DNA from: an uncultured Acidobacteriota bacterium | GTDB lineage: Bacteria; Acidobacteriota; Vicinamibacteria; Vicinamibacterales; UBA8438 | Assembly (NCBI GenBank): GCA_913043225.1 | Contig: CAJWLU010000002.1 | Span: 96,001-160,000 of the forward strand | Length of the DNA: 64,000 nucleotides | Reading direction: 5' to 3' | Shown: piece after piece, positions 39,953 to 51,399 of the stretch | Numbering within the stretch: the stretch's first letter is position 1 | How the letters are laid out: each line of letters opens with the position of its first letter | Translations under genes and position numbers: made by a program | Notes under the pieces: generated by a model | What the model saw: only the letters and a program-made list of their open reading frames with translations | What the model was told of the DNA's origin: nothing | The model's database searches: none

Positions 39953-41137
39953 TTAGCGCCGATAGCCGTTCTTGCGCAGCCGCTTTGCGGCATTGACGCC
40001 GCGCCGGTCGCGGCCGTCGTCGCACAGGTCTTCGGCTCGGTTGTAGTAGTCGCGGGCCAAGCTCCGATCGCCCGACAGGTCGGCGAGCTTACCAAGTTCC
40101 AGATGCGTGCGCCCCTGCACCCAGAGCCGAGCGTCGTACTCGAGCGCCATCAGCAGATCGTCCTGGGCTGGACCATCGCGATCTAGCTCCAGCCAGGTGG
40201 CGCCACGCAGGTAGTGCCAGAGCGCCTCTTCACCGAACATGCGCACCCGCTTGTCTGTTTTCATCCGGTCGAAGCCCTCGCTGAGACGAGCGGCCGCCAG
40301 GGCCGGTCGGTCGTCCCGGAGGGCGGTGGCGGCCGTCTCCAGCCAGAGCAGCCGGTTGCGTGGGTATTGCCGGCGGAGGGTTCTGAGCACGCGCTGGGCT
40401 GCGCCGAATCGACCTTCCCGGTTGTAGAGCAGGACCAGACCGAACTGCGCTTCGCTCCCAATCTCACCTCCGGCCTCGGCTGCCTGCCGGATCAGGTCGA
40501 GGCCCTGTTGTCGGTTCGCGCCGAATCCCACCAGCCTCGCCATCATCCGGACCGGGAACGGGAGCGTCGAGACCAGGTAGCGATAGGTGCCGACCACCAG
40601 CATCGCGTCCTTCCGACCAGGTTCTAGCTCCAGCACCTTCTCGTGCGCCGAGTAAGCGGCTTTGGCCGGTCGCAACGCCGCCAACGTTTTGCCCTCGATG
40701 GTAGCTATGTAGGAGGCCGCCAACGCCAGCGACGCCCCGAGCTCGTAGTAGGCGTTCGGATCCCGCGGCGCGGTATCGACCAGCGCCTCAGAGAGTGCGA
40801 TCGCCCTTTCCGAATGGGTCCTGAAGATTTCCGCCAACTCCTCGGGCGGCTTCGGCATGTCACGGTTCTTCGGGGTGACGCTACTCAGGTAGTCGTCGAT
40901 TGTCATCGACCCACGTAGGAACAGGATCCGCATCCAGGTGATGGCGGCCAGGCTTCGGTGGGCCGCAGGGCTACCGGGATTCTCCGCAACCGCCTGCTGC
41001 AGCGTTACGATTGCCTCGTCATGGTCGAGGTTGTACGCCTGTTCGAAGCCGAGGAGCAGTGAGTCATCCGGCTCTGCCGACAGAGAAGCGGCAGCAGCGA
41101 GAGACACGACGAGCGGGAGGAGTAGCGTCCGGTACAT
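39953..41137 (-). CDS. Secreted TPR protein
   Basis: Signal peptide MYRTLLLPLVV, AYNLDHDEA, multiple TPR-like helices. Confidence 0.85.
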   Translation of the reverse strand: MYRTLLLPLVVSLAAAASLSAEPDDSLLLGFEQAYNLDHDEAIVTLQQAVAENPGSPAAHRSLAAITWMRILFLRGSMTIDDYLSSVTPKNRDMPKPPEELAEIFRTHSERAIALSEALVDTAPRDPNAYYELGASLALAASYIATIEGKTLAALRPAKAAYSAHEKVLELEPGRKDAMLVVGTYRYLVSTLPFPVRMMARLVGFGANRQQGLDLIRQAAEAGGEIGSEAQFGLVLLYNREGRFGAAQRVLRTLRRQYPRNRLLWLETAATALRDDRPALAAARLSEGFDRMKTDKRVRMFGEEALWHYLRGATWLELDRDGPAQDDLLMALEYDARLWVQGRTHLELGKLADLSGDRSLARDYYNRAEDLCDDGRDRRGVNAAKRLRKNGYRR

Positions 41138-41164
41138 GTGGAACCGTGCCCTATGATAGCGGAC

Positions 41165-42166
41165 GTGATTCGGCGTATCGAAACGATAGATGCCCACGTG
41201 GCTGGGCAAGGCGTGCGGATGATTACCGGAGGCTTTCCGGCGCCCGAGGGTTCGACGATGCTCGAGAAGCAGGCGTGGTTGCACGAGCATAACGATGATC
41301 TCCGGCGGGCGCTGATGCGGGAGCCCAGAGGGCACGCAGGGATGTCGGGCGTGATGCTAACCACCCCCTGCGATCCTGAGGCGCTGGCCGGGGTGTTGTT
41401 CATGGATGCCGACGGCTACAGCACGATGTCAGGTCACGGTGTGATCGCGGCCGCTACCATCGCCCTCGATCGGGACCTCATCGGCGTGATGGGTGAACCC
41501 GTGGCCATGACGCTGGAGTCGCCAGCCGGCCTCGTTCGGGTCGACGCGCGTGGCCCCGAATCTGGCGGGCAAGTGTCGTCGGTGAGCTTCGAGAACGTGC
41601 CGTCGTTCGTGCTGCATCCGGCTGTGCCGGTCCCGCTCGACGACCGGGAGGTTCCCGTTGATGTGGCCTTCGGCGGAGCGTTTTACGCGATCGTCGATAG
41701 CGAGACCGTGGGCGTTCCTCTCCGTCGTCAGGGGATTGGCAGATTACGTGAAGTTGGTCTCCGGATCGCGCGCGAGGTCGAGCGTCTCGTCACGGTCGAG
41801 CATCCTGTTCGTCCCGGACTCGCTGGCGTGCATGGGACCATCTTCACGGGACCTCCAGAGCGAGAAGACGCGGCGCTACGAAATCTGACCGTATTCTCAG
41901 ACGGGCAGGTCGAGCGGTCACCGGGTGGCTGCGGCATCGCGGCCGTGATGGCCGTCCTTGACGCCATGCAGCTGATCGAGGTGGGCTTCCGACTGGTGCA
42001 CGAGAGTCTGGCGGATACCCGACTAACCGCCGTCGTTCGTCGGCGGGTCGCCGTGGGAGAACTCGATGGCATCATGCCAGAGATCACCGGCGCCGCCTGG
42101 ATCACCGGCGAGCACACCTTCCTGATCGACGACGAGGATCCGCTTGCCGAGGGGTTTGAGTTCTGA
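41165..42166 (+). CDS. Proline racemase family protein with non-canonical catalytic residues
   Basis: DAHVAG, EPRGH, MSGH, GGAFY, RSPGGCG. Confidence 0.88.
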   Translation: MIRRIETIDAHVAGQGVRMITGGFPAPEGSTMLEKQAWLHEHNDDLRRALMREPRGHAGMSGVMLTTPCDPEALAGVLFMDADGYSTMSGHGVIAAATIALDRDLIGVMGEPVAMTLESPAGLVRVDARGPESGGQVSSVSFENVPSFVLHPAVPVPLDDREVPVDVAFGGAFYAIVDSETVGVPLRRQGIGRLREVGLRIAREVERLVTVEHPVRPGLAGVHGTIFTGPPEREDAALRNLTVFSDGQVERSPGGCGIAAVMAVLDAMQLIEVGFRLVHESLADTRLTAVVRRRVAVGELDGIMPEITGAAWITGEHTFLIDDEDPLAEGFEF

Positions 42167-42176
42167 GGGGCCAGCA

Positions 42177-43799
42177 TTACCATCCCAACGCGACTCCGTC
42201 CTTTCTCGGATCCGATCCTCCCATCAGAACGCCGGAGTCCTGGTCGACGAGCACGCCTTGGAAGCCGCCAAAGCCGAGGTCGGGGCCGGCCCGGTGACCG
42301 CGGTTGACGAGATCGGTCAGCACACGGGCGTCGACGCCTGCTTCGAGCGAGATGCCGGAGGGGTCGTAGCGGGCGCGCGGCGCTTCGCCCGCCTGCTGGA
42401 TATTCATTCCGAAACAGACCAGGTTGAGCAGCACCTGAAGGTGCCCCTGGGGCTGCATGTCTCCGCCCATTACCCCGTAGGCGAGCCAGGGACGCCCGTC
42501 CCGATGGGCCAATGCCGGCGCCAGCGTGTGGAGCGGCCGCTTGGACGGGGCCAGCACGTTCGCGTGGTCAGGGTCGGTGGTGAACATCGCGCCGCGATTG
42601 TGGAGGACGATACCCGTCTCTCCAGCCACGATGCCTGAGCCGAATCCGGCATACAACGACTGGATGAGCGAGACTAGGTTGCCCTGATCGTCGGCGGCCG
42701 CCAGGTAAACGGTGTCTCCGGCTGCCTGACTACCGCCGCTGGCCGGAGTCACTGGGCTGCTGTTGCTCTGTGTGCGGTCCATGCGGATCTGCTGGCGCCG
42801 TTCTCGTGCGTACTCCTTCGAGATCAGCCGGGCCAGCGTCTCGGCCGGTACGGCGTCGGGGTCGGCCAGGTGTGCCGCGCGATCCGCGAACGCGATCGCC
42901 AGCGCCTCGATCACGAGGTGCAGATAGTCGGCGCCGTTGTGCTCCAGCGTTTCCAGCGGTTCGTCGTTTAGGACGTTCAGTGCCTCGAGGGCGACGAAGC
43001 CCTGCGTGTTCGGTGGGAGCTCGATGAGCTCGATGTTTCGAAACGAGGTCCTAATCGGGTCGACCGCGTCTGATCGATGCGCCGCGAGATCTCGTGCGGT
43101 CAGCCATCCACCACGTTGCTCGATATCGCCGCCGATCGCCTCGGCCAGTGCCCCCTGATAGAAGACCCGCGGGCCTTCTTCGGCGATGGCCGACAGACTG
43201 GCGGCCAGTCGCGGATTGGCGAACCGCTCCCCGGGGGCTGGGGGGCGACCGTCTGGGAGGAAGGTGGCGGCGGCGGCCGGATCGGTCGCCAGTAGCGGCG
43301 CCGCGTCCTGCCATTGGCGAGCCACGACCTCGTTCACTGGGAACCCCTCCCGGGCGCAGCCGATCGCCGGTTCGAGCGCGTCGGCCAGCGAGATCGTACC
43401 GTGGGCGGCGAGGAGCTTCGCCCACCCGTCCACGGCTCCCGGGACCGTGATCGGGAGGAGCCCCGAATCGGGCATCTGGTCGTGCCCCTGCTGTCGCAGT
43501 GTGTCCACCGAGGCTGCCGCCGGGGTTCGACCGCTCGCGTTCAGACCATGGGTTCGGCCGTCGTCGCCAGCGTGGACCAGCGCGAATAAGTCGCCTCCGA
43601 TGCCGGTCATGCTCGGTTCGACGACCGTCAGTACCGCGGCGGCCGTGACCGCTGCGTCGATGGCATTGCCGCCCTGTCGGAGCACGTCTAGGCCGGCTAC
43701 CGACGCCTGGGGCTGGCTGGTGGCGACCATACCCTTCTGTCCCAGGGCCACCGAGCGTGAGCCGCGGGTCTCGAGGCTGGGGGCTCCAGGCGTAGTCAC
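42177..43799 (-). CDS. ggt: Gamma-glutamyltransferase
   Basis: GGNAIDAA, GIGGD, nucleophile GDTVY, GFGSG, KRPLHT, MGGDMQPQG, DPRKDG. Confidence 0.93.
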   Translation of the reverse strand: MTTPGAPSLETRGSRSVALGQKGMVATSQPQASVAGLDVLRQGGNAIDAAVTAAAVLTVVEPSMTGIGGDLFALVHAGDDGRTHGLNASGRTPAAASVDTLRQQGHDQMPDSGLLPITVPGAVDGWAKLLAAHGTISLADALEPAIGCAREGFPVNEVVARQWQDAAPLLATDPAAAATFLPDGRPPAPGERFANPRLAASLSAIAEEGPRVFYQGALAEAIGGDIEQRGGWLTARDLAAHRSDAVDPIRTSFRNIELIELPPNTQGFVALEALNVLNDEPLETLEHNGADYLHLVIEALAIAFADRAAHLADPDAVPAETLARLISKEYARERRQQIRMDRTQSNSSPVTPASGGSQAAGDTVYLAAADDQGNLVSLIQSLYAGFGSGIVAGETGIVLHNRGAMFTTDPDHANVLAPSKRPLHTLAPALAHRDGRPWLAYGVMGGDMQPQGHLQVLLNLVCFGMNIQQAGEAPRARYDPSGISLEAGVDARVLTDLVNRGHRAGPDLGFGGFQGVLVDQDSGVLMGGSDPRKDGVALGW

Positions 43800-44359
43800 A
43801 TGTAGTTCCGGGCGATCTCGACGAAGCGCGTCAGCTCCCGCTCATGCTCGTCGAGAATGTCGTGGCTCCAGCGCTCGGCCAAGGTTTGATGCACCGTCTC
43901 TTGATACCAGACCATGTCGGAGAGTCCGGCCGTGAACACGTCCGCAAAGCTAGGCCCGTACTCTTCCAGCCCGGCAACCATGCTCGAGAGGTTGTGGATC
44001 TTGTCGGCCGACGCCACGGCCCGCGCATCGTCGCGAGGGGTGTCTCGAATCTGGGTGATATAGGAGTCTTTGCGGGTGCGCCAGCTGACTCTGCGTGGCG
44101 GCTCGGTCACGTCCTCCACGGTGGCCAGCACGTCGGGACCGAAGCGTCGCTCGATGATCTTGCGTTCGAGGTCCGTGTCTTCGAGCGTGTCGTGGAGGAT
44201 GCCCGCGATGACGGCGTTCTCGTTGAAGCCGGAGTCTTTGACGATTAGCCCGACCGCCAGAACGTGGGTGGCTTCGAAGCTACGGCCGCTCTTGCGTCGG
44301 CCGAGCCCGTGAGCCTCGAGCATCGTCGTGATCGCGAGCTCGATGCGGGGTGAAAGCAT
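43796..44359 (-). CDS. RelA/SpoT-type HD-domain protein (small alarmone hydrolase/Mesh1-like)
   Basis: AH...RK, THV..V, AGILHDTLEDT, ADKIHNL. Confidence 0.85.
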   Translation of the reverse strand: MLSPRIELAITTMLEAHGLGRRKSGRSFEATHVLAVGLIVKDSGFNENAVIAGILHDTLEDTDLERKIIERRFGPDVLATVEDVTEPPRRVSWRTRKDSYITQIRDTPRDDARAVASADKIHNLSSMVAGLEEYGPSFADVFTAGLSDMVWYQETVHQTLAERWSHDILDEHERELTRFVEIARNYM

Positions 44360-44377
44360 GAAGCGGTCGACGGTAGG

Positions 44378-45274
44378 CTACTGGGTGGGTGCGACGTAGC
44401 TGCGTCGAGCGCGGGCTCGCATGCCAGGATTGTTGACCCGGACTTCGAGGTCGTGGACCTCACCGTCGCGGCGGGTCGGCGTGAACCCGAGCACGTACTG
44501 GCTGTGCAGCTCCTGGGCGACCCTGGTAAAGGTCGATCCCAGCTCATCGGTATCTTTCAGCTCGAAGTAGCCACCGCCGGTCTCTTCGGCAAAGTCTTCG
44601 AGTCGACCATCGGGTCGCGTCTTCGTGAAGCGTAGGCCGTTGTGATACTCCGCTTCCATGCCGATGGAGTAGATCATCACGTCGTTGACACGCGCCTCCT
44701 CGACCACGTCTCGCCAGCCGGTGTCACCCATCGTGTTCTCCCCGTCGGTGAACACCAGCACGACCTTACGCCCCTCGACATCCTTCAGTTCTTGGATGCT
44801 GGCGGCTACTGCGTCGTAGAGTCGCGTCGGGTTGCCGAACTGCAGCCGGTCGAGCGCTTCGATCAGTTCGTCGCGGTCTCCGGTGAACCCGGTCTCGGGC
44901 AGGATCTGGATCTTGGCGTTGAAGGCGCCAACCTTACCCTTATCTTCGGGCAGCATCCTGATTAGAAACTGCTCGGCACCGGCCATCAGAAGATCGAGGT
45001 TTAGTGTCATGCTGGAGCTCGTGTCCAGCATCACGACTACGGTGATCGGGCGTACGTCACTCTCGAAGAGGACGATTTCCTGTTCCTCGCCCTCGTCGAA
45101 GATCGCGAAGTCTTCCTGGAGTAGACCCGGGACCAGGCGGCCGTTATCTTCGGTCACGGTCACGAACAGGTCGACCAGTTCGGTGCCGGACCGGAACAAG
45201 GGCTGCTGAGCGGCGATGGCGGCCACCGAGAGTGCCGTGGCGAGTAGCGCGATAGCGGTCGTGTGTCTGCGCAT
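44378..45274 (-). CDS. Secreted VWA-domain protein (acidobacterial type)
   Basis: FRSGTELV, MIDAS LDTSSSM, TRLYDA, FTDG, ETGG, ELHSQYVLGF. Confidence 0.9.
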   Translation of the reverse strand: MRRHTTAIALLATALSVAAIAAQQPLFRSGTELVDLFVTVTEDNGRLVPGLLQEDFAIFDEGEEQEIVLFESDVRPITVVVMLDTSSSMTLNLDLLMAGAEQFLIRMLPEDKGKVGAFNAKIQILPETGFTGDRDELIEALDRLQFGNPTRLYDAVAASIQELKDVEGRKVVLVFTDGENTMGDTGWRDVVEEARVNDVMIYSIGMEAEYHNGLRFTKTRPDGRLEDFAEETGGGYFELKDTDELGSTFTRVAQELHSQYVLGFTPTRRDGEVHDLEVRVNNPGMRARARRSYVAPTQ

Positions 45275-45354
45275 GATCCGAGCTTAGCAAGCTTCCGAGA
45301 GAGCGCGCAAATTTGCGTAGGCTGGGGTGGTAGGAGATCTCTCAGATAACGGCA

Positions 45355-45392
45355 TTGACAATATATATCCATAAATAAATATTTATAGATAT
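45355..45392 (+). promoter_or_regulatory. Promoter (TTGACA) overlapped by a 28-bp palindromic operator
   Basis: TTGACA 45355-45360; ATATCCATAAATA-AA-TATTTATAGATAT at 45365-45392 with 12 of 13 arm pairs. Confidence 0.8.
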
Positions 45393-46347
45393 GAGGGAAG
45401 CGAGTAGCCTATTCCGCCTGCTGGGCGACGAAGCTCGTCTCCGATTGTTGCGTCTGCTGACCAGGGAACGTCTCAACGTCAGCGAGTTGACCGCCGTGCT
45501 GGGCATCGCCCAGTCGGGGGTCTCTCGCCACGTCGGTTTGCTTCGTGACGCCGGGCTGGTGTGCGACGAGCGCGTCGGGGGCTTCACGTTTCTGCGTGCC
45601 GAGCCTGACGAACAGGATCCGACCCTTGGTCCGATCTGGGTGCTGCTTCGCACTCATTTCGAGCGCACCAACGGCGACGACGCTGTCCGCGGCGACGAGG
45701 TTCGGCTTCGTGAGGTGCTCCGACGCCGGCGGCAGAATGCCGAGCTCCATAGCGCTGGGCAAGGGGCTGCAGTGAGCCAGATGGTGCCGGGACGTAGCTG
45801 GGCCGCCTGGGCCCGAGGACTCGGGTTGCTGCTGCCGTCGTGGACGGTGGCGGACCTTGGCTGTGGCGAGGGGCATCTGACGCTGGAACTGGCCGCGTGG
45901 GCGGAGCGGGTGATCGGAGTGGACCGGTCCGAACAGGTGCTGGCGAGGGCTCGCTCGCTCGCGGGTGACCGAGGTATCGAGAACGTGGAATGGCGGCGCG
46001 GCGAGATCGAGGAGTTGCCTCTCGAGTCCGGCATGGCCGATCTGGCCGTGCTGTCGCAGGCGCTGCACCATGCCGACGACCCGAGACGGGCGTTGTCGGA
46101 GGCAGTCCGGATCCTGACGCAGGGAGGGCGACTGCTGCTGCTCGATCTACGGCGCCACGAAGAGACCTGGACGCGTGAGCGGTTCGGCGACCGCTGGCCT
46201 GGCTTCGCGGACGACCAGCTTTACGAGATGATGACCGCCGCCGGTTTCGACACGGTGCGGGTGCGGCCGGTGACGTCGGCCGATGAAAATGCTCCCTTCG
46301 CCGTGGTGGCGGCCGTCGGCGTTCGAACAGGAGCGCCGGCGAGTTAG
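45391..46347 (+). CDS. sahR: ArsR-HTH + SAM methyltransferase-domain regulator (SahR-like)
   Basis: [10 protein letters not shown]...VSEL...[24 protein letters not shown]; directly upstream of metH. Confidence 0.85.
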   Translation: MREASSLFRLLGDEARLRLLRLLTRERLNVSELTAVLGIAQSGVSRHVGLLRDAGLVCDERVGGFTFLRAEPDEQDPTLGPIWVLLRTHFERTNGDDAVRGDEVRLREVLRRRRQNAELHSAGQGAAVSQMVPGRSWAAWARGLGLLLPSWTVADLGCGEGHLTLELAAWAERVIGVDRSEQVLARARSLAGDRGIENVEWRRGEIEELPLESGMADLAVLSQALHHADDPRRALSEAVRILTQGGRLLLLDLRRHEETWTRERFGDRWPGFADDQLYEMMTAAGFDTVRVRPVTSADENAPFAVVAAVGVRTGAPAS

Positions 46348-46370
46348 ACGAAGGAAGGACACGCGGGACG

Positions 46371-50093
<3,723 letters not shown>

Positions 50094-50501
50094 CTATTCG
50101 CCGAGGTGCAGCACCAACTGCCGGGTCGAGCCGCGGCGCCGGTGTTCCCACAAGTAGATCCCCTGCCAGGTTCCCAATGCGAGACGTCCCGCGACGATTG
50201 GGACTGAGAGGGTCGTTGAGGTCAGCGCCGACCGGATGTGGGAGGGCATGTCGTCTGGGCCTTCCAGTGTGTGGGTGAAGTTCGGGTCGTTCTCCGGGAC
50301 GTGCCGGTCCAGCCAGTTCTCCAGGTCCCGCCGGGCTGATGGGTCGGCGTTTTCCTGGATACTCAGGCTGGCCGACGTGTGCTGGATTAGGATGGTGCAG
50401 AGCCCCTCGGTGAGCCTGCTGTCGGCGACCGCCTGCGCGATCTCGCGCGTCACGTCGAGGAGCCCCTTGCCAGGGGTCGGGATACTGATCTGTCGGATCA
50501 T
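50094..50501 (-). CDS. yjbQ: YjbQ/UPF0047 family protein
   Basis: HTSASL.IQENADP, EGPDDMPSHI, LGTWQGIYLWEHR. Confidence 0.92.
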   Translation of the reverse strand: MIRQISIPTPGKGLLDVTREIAQAVADSRLTEGLCTILIQHTSASLSIQENADPSARRDLENWLDRHVPENDPNFTHTLEGPDDMPSHIRSALTSTTLSVPIVAGRLALGTWQGIYLWEHRRRGSTRQLVLHLGE

Positions 50502-50749
50502 GTCGTTGGCCTCTTCCGCGCCGCCGTGAAGGTTTCGAGTTCTTCCAGTGCCTTCAGCCGGTTGCTTTTCAGCAGCCGAGACAGCGACCGGTCGACCGAG
50601 TAGACCTTCTGGCCTTGGTTCTGTCCGACTGGTGGGTTCACTGACCAAAGGACGATCGAATCCCCAAAACGCACCCGCTAGGGCAGTTACCAGGTCGTAC
50701 GAGCTCGTAGCCGCTCCGCGTATACCGTTAAGTCCTGGGATTCTGGCAT
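50498..50749 (-). pseudogene. Fpg/Nei DNA glycosylase relic (N- and C-termini only)
   Basis: Begins MPESQDLTVYAERL; ends DRSLSRLLK...LEELE with the stop overlapping the yjbQ ATG; only about 250 nt, frameshifted. Confidence 0.6.
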
Positions 50750-50794
50750 GCCGACTGACAACCTTCGTCAGTGTAAGATCACCGACTGGCATTG

Positions 50795-51388
50795 ATGGAA
50801 TATCACATTCGCCAGTACGGCCTGCAGCAGGGCGCACTCGAGATTCAGTACATCGAGGAGTACTTCGGCGAGTTTCCGCGTCGGAAGACTTCGTCTGAGG
50901 TTGTGGGCCGCCTCGACAACCGGGATCATCAGATCCTGATGGCCGAGGCCGCGCTCCCCGATGACCCGGGGACCGTTGTGCCGGTAGCCTACAAGGTGTC
51001 GCACGAGCTGAAGGTGGGCGAGACCGACCCGAAGCTTGCTGATCTGGTACACCGCCTCGGCGCGCACGTCGCCTTCCAGAACCGCCGCGTGCTCTACAGC
51101 TGGATTGGGGGCACCCGCCGTGACTGGCGCGGCCAAGGCTTCTTCCGCGCCCTGACCGAGCAGCAGGAGGCGTGGGCACTCGACAACGGCTTCGACGAAG
51201 TGGTGGTTAAGACCAAGAACCGCTTCTATGCGATGCGGAGCACACTCGATCATCTCGAGTTCAACGTCATCAAATTGGAGCCGAGCGAGGAAGACCCACG
51301 CGAGTCGAAGGTCTATCTCAGCAAGTGGCTCGGCCGCGAGGTGCTCGATGGGCACCGAAGCACGCGTGAGGTCATTAACGTCGGCTGA
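50795..51388 (+). CDS. GNAT-fold acetyltransferase-like protein
   Basis: Motif A YSWIGGTRRDWRGQGF; VKTKNRF..M. Confidence 0.75.
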   Translation: MEYHIRQYGLQQGALEIQYIEEYFGEFPRRKTSSEVVGRLDNRDHQILMAEAALPDDPGTVVPVAYKVSHELKVGETDPKLADLVHRLGAHVAFQNRRVLYSWIGGTRRDWRGQGFFRALTEQQEAWALDNGFDEVVVKTKNRFYAMRSTLDHLEFNVIKLEPSEEDPRESKVYLSKWLGREVLDGHRSTREVINVG

Positions 51389-51399
51389 TCTGGTCCCCC

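Noticed and set aside
42177..43799. GGT as a replacement for the missing Cj1417 gamma-glutamyl hydrolase
   Set aside because: 28 kb away, different fold, ordinary operon context; no supporting evidence
45275..46370. SAM or cobalamin riboswitch upstream of metH
   Set aside because: Intergenic gaps are too short and lack the conserved cores; a protein operator explains the region
50502..51179. 361-aa ORF suggesting a long N-terminal extension of YjbQ
   Set aside because: The extension is antisense to the GNAT gene and crosses the Fpg scar; YjbQ homology starts at MIRQIS (50501)
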